A stretch of DNA of 64,000 nt from an uncultured Bacteroidales bacterium (GTDB lineage Bacteria; Bacillota_I; Bacilli_A; ML615J-28; CAG-698). The translations under genes were made by a program, and so were the position numbers. Positions 1 to 9,897 of this stretch are shown here, in pieces. Position 1 is the first letter of the stretch; each line of letters starts with the position of its first letter. The stretch spans positions 8,364 to 72,363 of the forward strand of contig CAZFAM010000004.1 in assembly GCA_964516425.1 (NCBI GenBank), read 5' to 3'. The notes beneath the pieces were generated by a model. That model saw only the letters and a list, made by a program, of their open reading frames with translations, was not told where the DNA came from and made no database searches.

Positions 1-89
1 CTCCGATACAACTTTAGTATTTTATCACTTATTATGACTTTTTGCAATACATTTTGACAAATATTAAAAAAGAGATAATATATTTTCAC
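1..89 (-). CDS. Partial CDS running off the left edge (MKIYYLFFNICQNVLQKVIISDKILKLYR...), product unknown
   Basis: AAGGAGGT RBS (99-106, minus) 9 nt before GTG at 89; frame open to position 1; lies downstream of the flavin reductase gene. Confidence 0.45.
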   Translation of the reverse strand, partial: MKIYYLFFNICQNVLQKVIISDKILKLYR

Positions 90-122
90 AAATATATTAC
101 CTCCTTATATTTTAAAATGGTT

Positions 123-674
123 TTATTTTATTGACTTACCTATACAAAAAGCTTGACCTACTTTTTTACCTAGTTTCACATATGAATGGGATGTTGGATC
201 ATATGAAATTAAATTCATTTTTTCAATATCAATATTACCCTTTTCATCTAAAACTTTTTCATCTGCAGAAACATTAACAATTTTACCTACTACTCTTCCG
301 TTATCATTATACTTAAGTTCACATTCTAATGATATTGGAAAATCAGTAAAAATTGGTGCATTTACAAATGAACTTTTTTCAACATGTAAATTAGCTTTAC
401 TAATTTTATTTGGTTCTTCGTTTCCAGATACAATTCCCACATAATCAGCTTCTGCCATATGTTCAAAATCTGCAAATGCTACAGTAAAAGCTTTAGTAAT
501 TTCTAAATTCTTGGTTGTTTTATGTTCTGCTAAATTAATTTCCACTTCATTATAATCCGCTATAGTTCCCCATGCTACATTCATAGCATTAGGAATATTA
601 TTTTCATCATATGTACCAATAATTAATACTGGCATTGGCATTAAATAAGTTTTGGGACCAAAATTTTTTCTCAT
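123..674 (-). CDS. Flavin reductase-like / flavoredoxin family protein
   Basis: PMPVLIIGTYD..PNAMNVAWG start, P..LEC motif typical of the Flavin_Reduct family; AAGGAG RBS. Confidence 0.85.
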   Translation of the reverse strand: MRKNFGPKTYLMPMPVLIIGTYDENNIPNAMNVAWGTIADYNEVEINLAEHKTTKNLEITKAFTVAFADFEHMAEADYVGIVSGNEEPNKISKANLHVEKSSFVNAPIFTDFPISLECELKYNDNGRVVGKIVNVSADEKVLDEKGNIDIEKMNLISYDPTSHSYVKLGKKVGQAFCIGKSIK

Positions 675-693
675 GTTTTTCTCCTTTGAAAAA

Positions 694-722
694 ATTATAT
701 CGCTTTTTGTTAATTAATTCAA
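694..722 (-). promoter_or_regulatory. SigA-type promoter for the flavin reductase gene
   Basis: TTGAAT (722-717), 17-nt spacer, TATAAT (699-694) on minus strand. Confidence 0.6.
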
Positions 723-2078
723 TGGTTCTGAATTTTCTTTTTTATCTTTTTTAGCATTGCATAAGAAGTTTACTAAAATACCTATAATTAATGCACATGC
801 AACTTCAGTAATTGTTATTTTACCAATTGATAATGTCATTTTTCCAACACCAACAATTAAAATAACTGCAACTACAAATAAGTTTTTGTTATCTCCTAAA
901 TCTACTTCTTGAATCATCTTTAATCCAGATACTGCAATAAATCCATATAATGATACACAAACACCACCCATTACACATGAAGGGATTGTTGATAAGAATG
1001 TAGAGAAAGGTCCAAAGAATGAAATTACGATAGCTAAGATAGCTGTTGTCATGATTGTAACAACTGAAGCATTACCAGAAATAGCAACACATCCTACAGA
1101 TTCTCCATATGTTGTATTAGGACATCCACCAAAGAAAGCACCTGCCATTGAACCTACACCATCACCTAATAATGTTCTATAAAGTCCTGGTTCTTCTAAT
1201 AAATCATGTTCAATAATTGTAGATATGTTTTTATGATCAGCAATATGTTCAGCAAATACAACAAATGCAACTGGTACATAAGCTACTGCTATAGTTCCTA
1301 AATATGCAAAGAACTCACCAGCACTTTCAAATTCTTTAATACCTTTAAATGCTTCTAAGAATGTAAATGTTGGAATCCATTCGATTTTTTCAAATTTTGA
1401 GAAATCAATAATTACTAATTCTTTTACATCAGCAACATTTCCAATCACTGTAAAGATTGTAGCTAATAAATATCCTGCTAAAATACCAATTACAAACGGA
1501 ATCATCTTAATCATTTTTCTTCCGTAAACTGAGCAAGCAATCGTTGTACCTAAAGTTACAAGACCACAAAGAATACCAATAAATACAGTTGTTGATGAAG
1601 CATCTTCTAAAAATGATCCTGTCATTAAATCGCTAACCGCATTTCCTGCTAATGATAATCCAATAATTGCAACTGTAGGTCCAATTACTACAGCTGGCAT
1701 TAATTTATCAATCCACTTAGTTCCAAATAGTTTAATTAAAACAGCAATTACTACATAAACTAAACCTGCTAAAACTGCACCAATAATTAATCCTAAATAT
1801 CCTACACTAGCACTAACAGCACCCGCAAATGCTGCACTCATAGATCCTAAGAATGCAAATGAAGATCCTAAAAATACTGGACTTTTAAATTTTGTAAATA
1901 ATAAGTAAACAATTGTTCCAACACCAGCGCCAAATAAAGCAGCTGACATACTCATTCCATTTCCAACAATTCTTGGAACAGCAATTGTTGCAGCCATGAT
2001 AGCTAAAAGTTGTTGAAGCGCAAATACTAAAGTTTGTCCAAATTTTGGTTTGTCATTAACATTAAAATACAATTTCAT
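714..2078 (-). CDS. uraA: NCS2 family uracil permease (UraA/PyrP type)
   Basis: LQQLLAIM, PVFLGSSFAF, AEHIADH and PNTTYGES NCS2 signature resembling UraA; many TM segments. Confidence 0.85.
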   Translation of the reverse strand: MKLYFNVNDKPKFGQTLVFALQQLLAIMAATIAVPRIVGNGMSMSAALFGAGVGTIVYLLFTKFKSPVFLGSSFAFLGSMSAAFAGAVSASVGYLGLIIGAVLAGLVYVVIAVLIKLFGTKWIDKLMPAVVIGPTVAIIGLSLAGNAVSDLMTGSFLEDASSTTVFIGILCGLVTLGTTIACSVYGRKMIKMIPFVIGILAGYLLATIFTVIGNVADVKELVIIDFSKFEKIEWIPTFTFLEAFKGIKEFESAGEFFAYLGTIAVAYVPVAFVVFAEHIADHKNISTIIEHDLLEEPGLYRTLLGDGVGSMAGAFFGGCPNTTYGESVGCVAISGNASVVTIMTTAILAIVISFFGPFSTFLSTIPSCVMGGVCVSLYGFIAVSGLKMIQEVDLGDNKNLFVVAVILIVGVGKMTLSIGKITITEVACALIIGILVNFLCNAKKDKKENSEPLN

Positions 2079-2104
2079 AATTTTTTTCTCCTTTTCCTTA
2101 AATA

Positions 2105-2133
2105 AAACATCAAGATTATTATTCTTGATGTTT
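2105..2133 (-). terminator. Intrinsic terminator-like hairpin between pbuG-like gene and uraA
   Basis: Perfect 11-bp stem AAACATCAAGA/TCTTGATGTTT, 7-nt loop, T-rich flanks. Confidence 0.7.
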
Positions 2134-2144
2134 AGTTTTTTTGA

Positions 2145-3644
2145 TTAAAATGATGTTGGTACAAAGAAATAAACAATAAACAAAATGCTTACAATTATAC
2201 AAACAACCGATACATCCCAAACTGGTTTAACGGCGTTTTCTTTATTCTTTGTAAAGGCATATTTAATTACTTCTACTACATAGCAGATAACAGAAATGAT
2301 TACATAAGTTAATAATCCAAATCCAATACCTGTTGTAATTGAATATGCAAGAGGCATCATAGCAATTGTAAAGAATGATGCAACAGCTTCTTTAACATTA
2401 GTGATTTTCAAGTTAACAGCTCCTTTTACCATTAAGCATCCCACAAATACTAAAGCACTAGATGCAGCAGCAGATGGAATAGATGCGATAACTGGCATAA
2501 TAAATATTGATAATAAGAAGCATAAAGCTGTAACTAAAGCTGTTAAACCTGTTTTACCACCGGCAGCAATACCAGATCCGCTTTCCACAAAAGTTGTAAC
2601 AGTTGAAGTACCAAAAACAGCACCTGCACAAGTAGCAACTGAATCAGAAACCATAATTTGATTATAATTTAAAGGTTTTCCTGTTTCATCTACTAAACCA
2701 ACTGGTGTACAACATCCAACAACAGTACCCATAGTATCAAACATATCAATCATACAGAATGTAATAACAGTCATAATAATAGCCATTACAGATGCACCAT
2801 GTTCTTTGGCAAAACTCCAATCAAATCCGTTAGTAAAAGCAGCTAGGAAGCCACCCTTATCTGGATCCATAGAGAAATAATCTTTAAAGTTTTGAATTAC
2901 ATTCCAACTAACATTATTAGGATTCCATGAAGTAATTCCTAGAGGAATACCTAAAATAGTGGCAGCAAGAATACCAATAATAACTGATCCTTTAACATGA
3001 AAATGTTCAAGAACAGCAATTACAATAACACCAAATAAACAAACAAGTGGTGCAGCAGGCGTAACAGAAAGACCATTCTTTACAAGCTGTTCTGCCCAGT
3101 CAGCAAAATTGATCAATGAAACTTGAGTATACTCATTAGCAATAATTAATCCGCAATTTTGAAAGCCAATATACGCAATGAACAAACCAATTCCAACAGA
3201 GATAGCTTTTCTAACAGATTCTGGAATACCATCAAAAACTAATTCTCTAATTGAAACACCTTTAACTGTCAATATAGATAACAATAAAAACAAAACACCA
3301 GAAATAAATACCATTAACATAGCATTTCCATATGTACATTGGAAAGCTCCCCATCCACCAATTAAGCCACCAACCATAGAATTCAATCCCATACCTGGAG
3401 CTTGAGCAAGAGGTAATTTTGCTAAAAAGGCCATTAATAATGTTCCAACTATTGCTCCTAATGCAGTTGCAATAAATACTGAAGACCATCTTTCACTTCC
3501 CATACCAGCAATTTGGTTTGGATTTACAGTAAGAATGTAAGCCATTGCTAAAAAGGTTACAATACCAGCAATGATTTCTGTAGAAACACTACTGTTTCTT
3601 TCAGAAATCCCAAAAAACTTGTCAAGTTTTGCTTTAAAACCCAT
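2145..3644 (-). CDS. pbuG: NCS2/AzgA-type guanine-hypoxanthine permease (PbuG-like); start reassigned to ATG 3644 (MGFKAK)
   Basis: EIIAGIVTFLAMAYILTVNP, AQAPGMGLN, DMFDTMGT, FVESGSGIAAGGKTGL motifs; upstream purine riboswitch; ORF-track start 3686 falls in the riboswitch terminator. Confidence 0.88.
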   Translation of the reverse strand: MGFKAKLDKFFGISERNSSVSTEIIAGIVTFLAMAYILTVNPNQIAGMGSERWSSVFIATALGAIVGTLLMAFLAKLPLAQAPGMGLNSMVGGLIGGWGAFQCTYGNAMLMVFISGVLFLLLSILTVKGVSIRELVFDGIPESVRKAISVGIGLFIAYIGFQNCGLIIANEYTQVSLINFADWAEQLVKNGLSVTPAAPLVCLFGVIVIAVLEHFHVKGSVIIGILAATILGIPLGITSWNPNNVSWNVIQNFKDYFSMDPDKGGFLAAFTNGFDWSFAKEHGASVMAIIMTVITFCMIDMFDTMGTVVGCCTPVGLVDETGKPLNYNQIMVSDSVATCAGAVFGTSTVTTFVESGSGIAAGGKTGLTALVTALCFLLSIFIMPVIASIPSAAASSALVFVGCLMVKGAVNLKITNVKEAVASFFTIAMMPLAYSITTGIGFGLLTYVIISVICYVVEVIKYAFTKNKENAVKPVWDVSVVCIIVSILFIVYFFVPTSF

Positions 3645-3686
3645 TTTAAAAATTTCCTTTCTAAAAATGCAGTTAAGAGTCCTCAT

Positions 3687-3711
3687 AAAAAAGAGACCAT
3701 AGTAGCCTCTT
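3687..3711 (-). terminator. Riboswitch expression-platform terminator
   Basis: Minus strand AAGAGGC-TACTATG-GTCTCTTTTTT hairpin plus U-run between aptamer and RBS. Confidence 0.75.
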
Positions 3712-3750
3712 CCCTTACTAAAAAACCTAATTAAAAATAATTAGAATTTA

Positions 3751-3818
3751 ATCGTAGTCCTATCATTTACGGTGACAGGGTAGAGACGTTCGAACCAATT
3801 ATCGAATTTATACGACTA
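3751..3818 (-). ncRNA. Purine (guanine-sensing) riboswitch aptamer
   Basis: Minus strand AGTCGTATAA-ATTCGA-TAATTGG-TTCGAA-CGTCTCTAC-CCTGTCA-CCGTAAA-TGATAGG-AC-TACGATT matches purine riboswitch P1-P2-P3; discriminator is C (guanine type). Confidence 0.95.
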
Positions 3819-3831
3819 TTAACTTACATAC

Positions 3832-3860
3832 ATTATACATTATTTTTATTATATAAGCAA
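3832..3860 (-). promoter_or_regulatory. SigA promoter upstream of the guanine riboswitch
   Basis: TTGCTT (3860-3855), N17, TG-TATAAT (3837-3832). Confidence 0.7.
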
Positions 3861-3945
3861 TCTTTTTTTTATGTTAAATGTTTTCATAAAATATCAATAC
3901 TTTACAAAATATTACATAATTATTAAAAAATTGCTTAGTATGTAA

Positions 3946-5337
3946 CTAAGCAACTTCTTCATTTCTAATTTTATAATTTAAAGTTTTAATAAATGATATA
4001 GCAAAGGGGATTGTAAACAAGAATGTCAAAAAGTCAGATAATGCTTGTGTTAATTCAACTCCTATTATTCCTACACCATTAATCATTGGTAAAAAGATAA
4101 TTAGGGGAATAAAAAATATTCCTTGCCTACATGTAGAAAGTAGTGTAGCCTTAAATTTTTGTCTTGTCGATTGAAATGTCATATTTGCAATAACATTTAA
4201 ACATAAGAACGGTAATGCGATACATTGAAAACGTAATGTTTGTTTACCAATACTTACTACACTTTGATTATCATCAATAAATACTTTCATTACTTCTTCC
4301 GCAAATATAAAGAAAAAGAAACAAAAAATAGACATCATAATTAAGCTAAAGAAATAAGTAAAAAACATTGCTTCTTTAACACGACTATATTTTTTCGCGA
4401 AATAATTATATCCACAAACTGGTTGATATCCTTGGCCTATTCCTAAACATATAGAGAAAATTACTGAGAATATTTTACTTACTATTCCCATTGCCGATAG
4501 TCCAGGATCACCACCATATTCACCAGCTTGTGTATTCAAAAGAATTGTAGCTATACTTGCTAATCCTTGTCTACACAATGAAGGAAGTCCAATTTTAATT
4601 ACTTCTAGATAAACATTAATATCAGTAGTAATTTTAAAAATTGATAAATGAATAATGCTTTTCTTAAAAACAAACATAGATAATAATATTAATGAACTAA
4701 TTACTTGGCTTATAAGTGTTGCAATTGCTGCTCCAGAAATCCCTAAATCAAAAGAATATATAAATATAGGATCTAAAATAATATTTAAAATACCACCTGT
4801 TGTTAAACCAATCATTGCTAATTTTGATTTTCCTTCAGCTCGTAATAAATTATTCATTATAAATGATGCAATCATTATTGGAAAACCAAATACAATATAT
4901 ATTGCATAATCTTTTGCATAAGGTAATACATTTTCAGTTGCTCCTAATAATTTCATTATAGGATTCATAAATATAATACAAATTATAGAAAAAATAACAC
5001 CTATTAAAATAGCTATATAAAATGCGGATGATCCAACTTGTTGTGCTTCTTCATCTTTCTTTTCACCTAATTTGGAAGATATTAAACTTCCAGCACCCAT
5101 TCCAAACATAAAACCAATTGCTTGAACAATTGCCATTAATGAAAAAACAACACTAACAGCACCCGAAGCAAATACTCTTTCTTCTTCTGTACCTATATTT
5201 GACACAAAAAATGTATCTGCTAAATTATAAATGGCGGTTACAAGCATACTTATAATTGTGGGTATTCCTAAAGTTACTACCAATTTTTTTGTGGGGGTTT
5301 GGGTCATCTTAATATATTGCTGTTCTTCGCTTGTCAT
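3946..5337 (-). CDS. MATE family efflux transporter
   Basis: PTIISMLVTAIYNLADTFFV, LRAEG, NIILDPIFI MATE motifs; about 12 TM segments. Confidence 0.9.
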   Translation of the reverse strand: MTSEEQQYIKMTQTPTKKLVVTLGIPTIISMLVTAIYNLADTFFVSNIGTEEERVFASGAVSVVFSLMAIVQAIGFMFGMGAGSLISSKLGEKKDEEAQQVGSSAFYIAILIGVIFSIICIIFMNPIMKLLGATENVLPYAKDYAIYIVFGFPIMIASFIMNNLLRAEGKSKLAMIGLTTGGILNIILDPIFIYSFDLGISGAAIATLISQVISSLILLSMFVFKKSIIHLSIFKITTDINVYLEVIKIGLPSLCRQGLASIATILLNTQAGEYGGDPGLSAMGIVSKIFSVIFSICLGIGQGYQPVCGYNYFAKKYSRVKEAMFFTYFFSLIMMSIFCFFFFIFAEEVMKVFIDDNQSVVSIGKQTLRFQCIALPFLCLNVIANMTFQSTRQKFKATLLSTCRQGIFFIPLIIFLPMINGVGIIGVELTQALSDFLTFLFTIPFAISFIKTLNYKIRNEEVA

Positions 5338-5346
5338 AATATCCTC

Positions 5347-6486
5347 CTACTTATCTATTTTAACCATTGTTTGTAAATTTAATACTTTTGAATTATTTCC
5401 TTCTTTTAAAATTATACAATATTTAATTATTTGATTTTCATTAGGTAATTTTATTAATTTACCATTATTATCTAAATATTCACTATTACTTTGAAATTCT
5501 ATTTCAATGCCTTCACTTAATTTTAAAATTTGATATTCATAATTAACCATTTGTAAAAAGTGATTCCATAAATTAGCATGACGCATTGTCATTGGACAAT
5601 CTTTGCCACTAAAGAAATGATGTGGTTTAACACGTTCTATATTTAAATTATTTGCTATTAATAAATGAGCAACAAGTTTAGCACATTTATGCCATGTTAA
5701 ATAAATATCAGATTCTTCATTAACCATTGTTTCAATACCAATACTATTTAAGTTTCCCCCTCTATTAGCAATGCATTTATAAGTAACATTATAATATGTT
5801 GGTCCTAAATAATATTCACCATCAATTAATTCGCATCTAATTCCTTGATCATTTATTGTTTTTAATGAATCATCAAGATATTCTTCATGTTCTAATGCAC
5901 CAATTGGTGCTTTTTTACTTTGTAGTATATTGTCACTAGCATAATATAATTCTTCATTATTTTTTTCAAATGTTACTTTTGGTATTAAAACATTACTTTC
6001 TATACCGTCAATATTGTATTTATTATTAACTATAGTAATTATTGGATTAAAAGTATTTCCCTTTACTCCTGTTTTTACTAAAGAGAATGGAACTTTTAAT
6101 TGATCACCAGCGTGGTATGCTATTTCATTATCAGGAATTTGATGATATATACCATCACTACCTACACTATAGTGCCAGCTTGTTCCACCACCACCATTAT
6201 ATACATATTTTGCATGAGCTAATGCATTAGCTGTTTTAGATGAAGATGCTGTGTCATGCACAACAATATATTGTGTAGATTCTTTCTTTGTTCCAGGACG
6301 ATTTTCATTTTCTAAAGGTGCGAAATAATCTATAACTTCATGTGAACCAAAATAATATTTTGAAACACTACCTAATAGTTGTGTTTGGTAATTAAATTGA
6401 TATCCATATACATCAATTGTTTTAACAATAATTTGTTCTTCGTTAGCTTCTCTAAATAATTTTTCCAATTGTTCTATGCGTTCCAT
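5347..6486 (-). CDS. N-acetylmuramoyl-L-alanine amidase (Amidase_2) with large internal insertion; start probably ATG 6486
   Basis: YIVVHDTA, SWHYSV, EIAYHAGD, GNLNSIGIE, PHHFFSGKDCP motifs; AGGAGG RBS before 6486. Confidence 0.8.
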   Translation of the reverse strand: MERIEQLEKLFREANEEQIIVKTIDVYGYQFNYQTQLLGSVSKYYFGSHEVIDYFAPLENENRPGTKKESTQYIVVHDTASSSKTANALAHAKYVYNGGGGTSWHYSVGSDGIYHQIPDNEIAYHAGDQLKVPFSLVKTGVKGNTFNPIITIVNNKYNIDGIESNVLIPKVTFEKNNEELYYASDNILQSKKAPIGALEHEEYLDDSLKTINDQGIRCELIDGEYYLGPTYYNVTYKCIANRGGNLNSIGIETMVNEESDIYLTWHKCAKLVAHLLIANNLNIERVKPHHFFSGKDCPMTMRHANLWNHFLQMVNYEYQILKLSEGIEIEFQSNSEYLDNNGKLIKLPNENQIIKYCIILKEGNNSKVLNLQTMVKIDK

Positions 6487-6580
6487 TATGATATACCTCC
6501 TATACAATACATATATTGTACCATTATTTTATAAAATAATCTATTTATATTTAACAAAAATAATGTTATAATATCGTGAG

Positions 6581-7105
6581 GTGAAAAATATGAATAATCC
6601 AAAAATTAAAATTATAATGGATGATGATTCTACAATTGTTTTAGAACTTTATCCTGAAACTGCACCACTTACAGTGGAAAACTTTTTAAATCTTGTTAAT
6701 GAAAGATATTTTGATAATTTATGTTTTCATAGAATTATTGAAAACTTTATGATTCAAGGTGGAGGATATTATGTAGAAGGAAATGAATTAAAAATTGCCA
6801 AAGAAACAAAAGCGGTTAAAGGAGAATTTTTGTCTAATGGTGTAAACAATCCGATTAAACATGTTCCTGGTGTTATTTCAATGGCTAGAACTAGTGATCC
6901 AAATAGTGCAACTAGTCAATTCTTTATTTGTTCGGCTAATACTCCTCATTTAGATGGACAATATGCAGCTTTTGGAAAAACAGTTGATCAAGAAAGTTTA
7001 GATAACGTAATGCGTTTATCCAAAGTTCCTACTGTCAATATTGGTGGTGGTATGACTGATTTCCCATACCCTATTGTTTTTATAAAAACTATTGAACTTC
7101 TATAA
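6581..7105 (+). CDS. ppiB: Cyclophilin-type peptidyl-prolyl cis-trans isomerase
   Basis: APLTVENF, FHRIIENFMIQGGG, SMARTSDPNSATSQFFI, HLDGQYAAFG. Confidence 0.92.
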   Translation: MKNMNNPKIKIIMDDDSTIVLELYPETAPLTVENFLNLVNERYFDNLCFHRIIENFMIQGGGYYVEGNELKIAKETKAVKGEFLSNGVNNPIKHVPGVISMARTSDPNSATSQFFICSANTPHLDGQYAAFGKTVDQESLDNVMRLSKVPTVNIGGGMTDFPYPIVFIKTIELL

Positions 7106-7108
7106 ACT

Positions 7109-7140
7109 AAAAGTACTCTGAATTTTCAGAGTACTTTTTT
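7109..7140. terminator. Bidirectional intrinsic terminator between convergent genes
   Basis: AAAAGTACTCTGAA/TTCAGAGTACTTTT 14-bp stem. Confidence 0.8.
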
Positions 7141-7681
7141 AATGACTTTCTGTTTTTGTTTCTGCAGCCGCTTTAAAAATCAATGAACAAACAATGAAGG
7201 CAATTCCCAAACCAATAGATAAATACTTTTCTCCATTAAATTCATAAAAATCAGGATTTACTGCATTAAAAATTCCATATACAATACTAGCAATAATTAA
7301 ACATATAAAAGGAATAACAATTGTATATATTCCTAAATTAAATAATTCCTTTGCTCCCTTTTGGGTAAATGGATGCCCTTCTGCTAATTCATTCACAAAA
7401 TATTGTTTAGCTGTTTTTGATAAAAAGCATTGACATCCAGAAATGATTATTCCATCAATTAAAACAAAATACATAGCAGGAGTTGATAAGTTAGCTTTTT
7501 CAGAAATTATTGTTTTCAAAGTTATACCATCTATCTCAATCGATACAAATGAAGGAAACAATACCATAATTATAATTCCTAACACGCAAAAACTTATTGA
7601 CACAATACTCATAATAAATACTATATGACATAGTACTTTTGCAATTTTTGATAGTGTTTGCAACACTTTTAAAGATTTCAT
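7139..7681 (-). CDS. DUF2975-like membrane protein
   Basis: Four TM segments, PFT...L..LG pattern, C-terminal LIFKAA. Confidence 0.6.
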   Translation of the reverse strand: MKSLKVLQTLSKIAKVLCHIVFIMSIVSISFCVLGIIIMVLFPSFVSIEIDGITLKTIISEKANLSTPAMYFVLIDGIIISGCQCFLSKTAKQYFVNELAEGHPFTQKGAKELFNLGIYTIVIPFICLIIASIVYGIFNAVNPDFYEFNGEKYLSIGLGIAFIVCSLIFKAAAETKTESH

Positions 7682-8886
7682 TTTTCCTCCCTAATCTTTG
7701 CTAAACCACCGATTGATGTTTCACGATATGCCTTATTTAAATCTTTTCCTGTTTCAACCATTGTTTGAATCGCATCATCAAATTTAATGTAATGATTACC
7801 ATCCGTCAATAATGCAAATTGTGCAGAATCAATGGCCCTTTTACATGACATAGCATTACGCTCAATACATGGTATTTGTACATAACCTTTGACAGGATCA
7901 CAAGTTAAACCCAAATGATGTTCTAATGCTATTTCTGATGCATATTCAATTTGTTTATTTGTTCCACCTTTAATATAAGTTAAGGCTGCAGATGCCATTG
8001 CACATGCAACGCCAACTTCTCCTTGGCATCCGACTTCAGCACCTGATATTGAACCATTTGTTTTAACAATATTTCCAATTAAACCACCCACTAATAATCC
8101 TTCAATTAGTTTATCGTAAGCAATTTTTTTATCAGGTATGTTGTAATAAAAATGATAATAGGCATATAAAACACCTGGCAAAACTCCTGAAGCACCACAT
8201 GTTGGAGCGGTAACAATAATACCACCTGAAGCATTTTCTTCACTAACCGCTAGTGCAGATGCGAATGCTAAAGTAGATAAACTAGGTTTTATTAAATATT
8301 GATCATAAAAAGATTTTGCTCTTCTTTTAATATGTAGTGTTCCTGGTAAATAATTATCATTTTTAATGCCTCGTTCAACACTTTGAAACATTACATCCAA
8401 AATATTTTGACCAAATTCTATTATTTCCGTTCCTTCTTTTTGAATAATATATTGCATTAAATCTACATTATGCTGTTCACAATAATTTTGAATTTCTTCC
8501 ATACTTTTTTCTTGGTAACAATCGTTATCAGAATTACTACGATTTTCATCAAGGTTTTTAATTTCTCCACCGCCTACTGAAAATACAAGCCATTCGTCAA
8601 CCACTTTATTTTCTTTTAAAGCAATTAACTTCATCGCATTTGGATGATAAGAAAAAGTCACAAGTGGCAAAAATTCAATTATAGTATTGTCCCCTAAAAC
8701 ATTACGAATAACCACATCTGTCAAATGACCTTTTCCAGTCAAAGCTAATGATCCATATAACTCTACTTTAAATTTTTCAGCAGTACTATTTCTTTCTTTA
8801 AAAATAATGGCTGCTTTTCTTGGACCCATAGTATGGGAACTGGAAGGTCCAGTTCCTACTTTAAATATTTTTTTTATCGATTGCAT
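7678..8886 (-). CDS. sdaA: L-serine ammonia-lyase, Fe-S dependent, single chain
   Basis: GTGPSSSHTMGP, YGSLALTGKGH, APTCGASG, AEVGCQGEVG, LTCDPV..VQIPCIERN. Confidence 0.95.
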   Translation of the reverse strand: MQSIKKIFKVGTGPSSSHTMGPRKAAIIFKERNSTAEKFKVELYGSLALTGKGHLTDVVIRNVLGDNTIIEFLPLVTFSYHPNAMKLIALKENKVVDEWLVFSVGGGEIKNLDENRSNSDNDCYQEKSMEEIQNYCEQHNVDLMQYIIQKEGTEIIEFGQNILDVMFQSVERGIKNDNYLPGTLHIKRRAKSFYDQYLIKPSLSTLAFASALAVSEENASGGIIVTAPTCGASGVLPGVLYAYYHFYYNIPDKKIAYDKLIEGLLVGGLIGNIVKTNGSISGAEVGCQGEVGVACAMASAALTYIKGGTNKQIEYASEIALEHHLGLTCDPVKGYVQIPCIERNAMSCKRAIDSAQFALLTDGNHYIKFDDAIQTMVETGKDLNKAYRETSIGGLAKIREEK

Positions 8887-9887
8887 TAATCTTCATCCTT
8901 TAATGAATTATTCATTAATTTTTCAATTGCTAATTTAGGTGATTGGTGTTCATATAAAACACTATATACAGCATCAATAATTGGTGTATATATGTGATAT
9001 TTTTTACTTGCTTGATATGCGGATATACAACTTCTTGCTCCTTCAACAACCATTGTCATTTTAGATAGTGTTTCCTCCAAATTATCACCGCTACCAATCA
9101 TGACACCTGCTTGATAATTTCTGCTTAAGTTAGATGTGCATGTTACAATCAAGTCACCAACACCAGTTAATCCTATTAATGTTTGTTCTTGAGCTCCCAT
9201 CGCAACGGCTAAACGTTTCATTTCAGATAAACCTCTTGTAATTAATGCAGCACGTGCATTAACACCAAAACCTAAACCTTCACTTATTCCACTCGCAAGT
9301 GCATAAATATTTTTTAATGATCCTCCAAGTTCTGCACCTATTAAATCATTTACTGTATATACACGAAAATATGTTTTATTGCTGAACATCAATTGAACTT
9401 TTTTAGCTAATTCCTTATTATCACTTGCAGCGGCTACTGCAGTAAGATTTTGCATTACAACTTCTTCCGCATGACTAGGTCCTGTTAATGCCACAAAACC
9501 TTCAATATACTGATTATCAATCTCTTCATAGACAATTTCAGAAATTCTTTTAAAAGTTTCTGGTTCAATTCCTTTAGATGCATTGATAAATACTTTTTTC
9601 TCTTGCACAAAAGCATTCATTTCTTTTAGTACACTGCGTACAACTGTTGTTGGAACAACTAATAAAATATATTTATTTTTCATAGCTTGTTCTAACGATG
9701 TTGTTCCGCTAACGTTTAAAGGTAATTTTCCATCTTTTAATTTCTTATTGTTTGTATGGAAAGTATTAATCTCTTCTATAGCATCAACATCTGTATCATA
9801 TAGTAGAACATTATTACCATTATCCCCCAATATCCTACCTAAGGCACATCCCCAACTTCCAGCACCTATTACTGTTATATTATCCAT
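8886..9887 (-). CDS. gpsA: NAD(P)H-dependent glycerol-3-phosphate dehydrogenase
   Basis: GAGSWG, SKGIE, GPSHAEEV, LKNIYA, GVGDLIVTC.S..SRN. Confidence 0.95.
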   Translation of the reverse strand: MDNITVIGAGSWGCALGRILGDNGNNVLLYDTDVDAIEEINTFHTNNKKLKDGKLPLNVSGTTSLEQAMKNKYILLVVPTTVVRSVLKEMNAFVQEKKVFINASKGIEPETFKRISEIVYEEIDNQYIEGFVALTGPSHAEEVVMQNLTAVAAASDNKELAKKVQLMFSNKTYFRVYTVNDLIGAELGGSLKNIYALASGISEGLGFGVNARAALITRGLSEMKRLAVAMGAQEQTLIGLTGVGDLIVTCTSNLSRNYQAGVMIGSGDNLEETLSKMTMVVEGARSCISAYQASKKYHIYTPIIDAVYSVLYEHQSPKLAIEKLMNNSLKDED

Positions 9888-9897
9888 AAAAATTCTC

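Noticed and set aside
123-2078. Flavin reductase next to a uracil permease as a rutF-rutG-like pyrimidine degradation unit
   Set aside because: No rutA-E homologs, and the reductase has its own TTGAAT-N17-TATAAT promoter
2401-3489. Short track ORFs 2401..2661, 3178..3405 and 3262..3489
   Set aside because: Shadow frames within the permease gene; no RBS or motifs. The same applies to the other short ORFs lying inside long genes (e.g. 4655, 5231, 7443, 9583, 10059, 21931, 22710, 26518, 26689, 28942, 31072, 33284, 35845, 37577, 42735, 42842, 51885, 52224, 55433, 56502, 57774, 58176, 58229, 58569, 60551)
3852-3879. TTATGTTAAAT resembling an XerD arm of dif
   Set aside because: No XerC arm at a 6-bp spacing; AT-rich chance match
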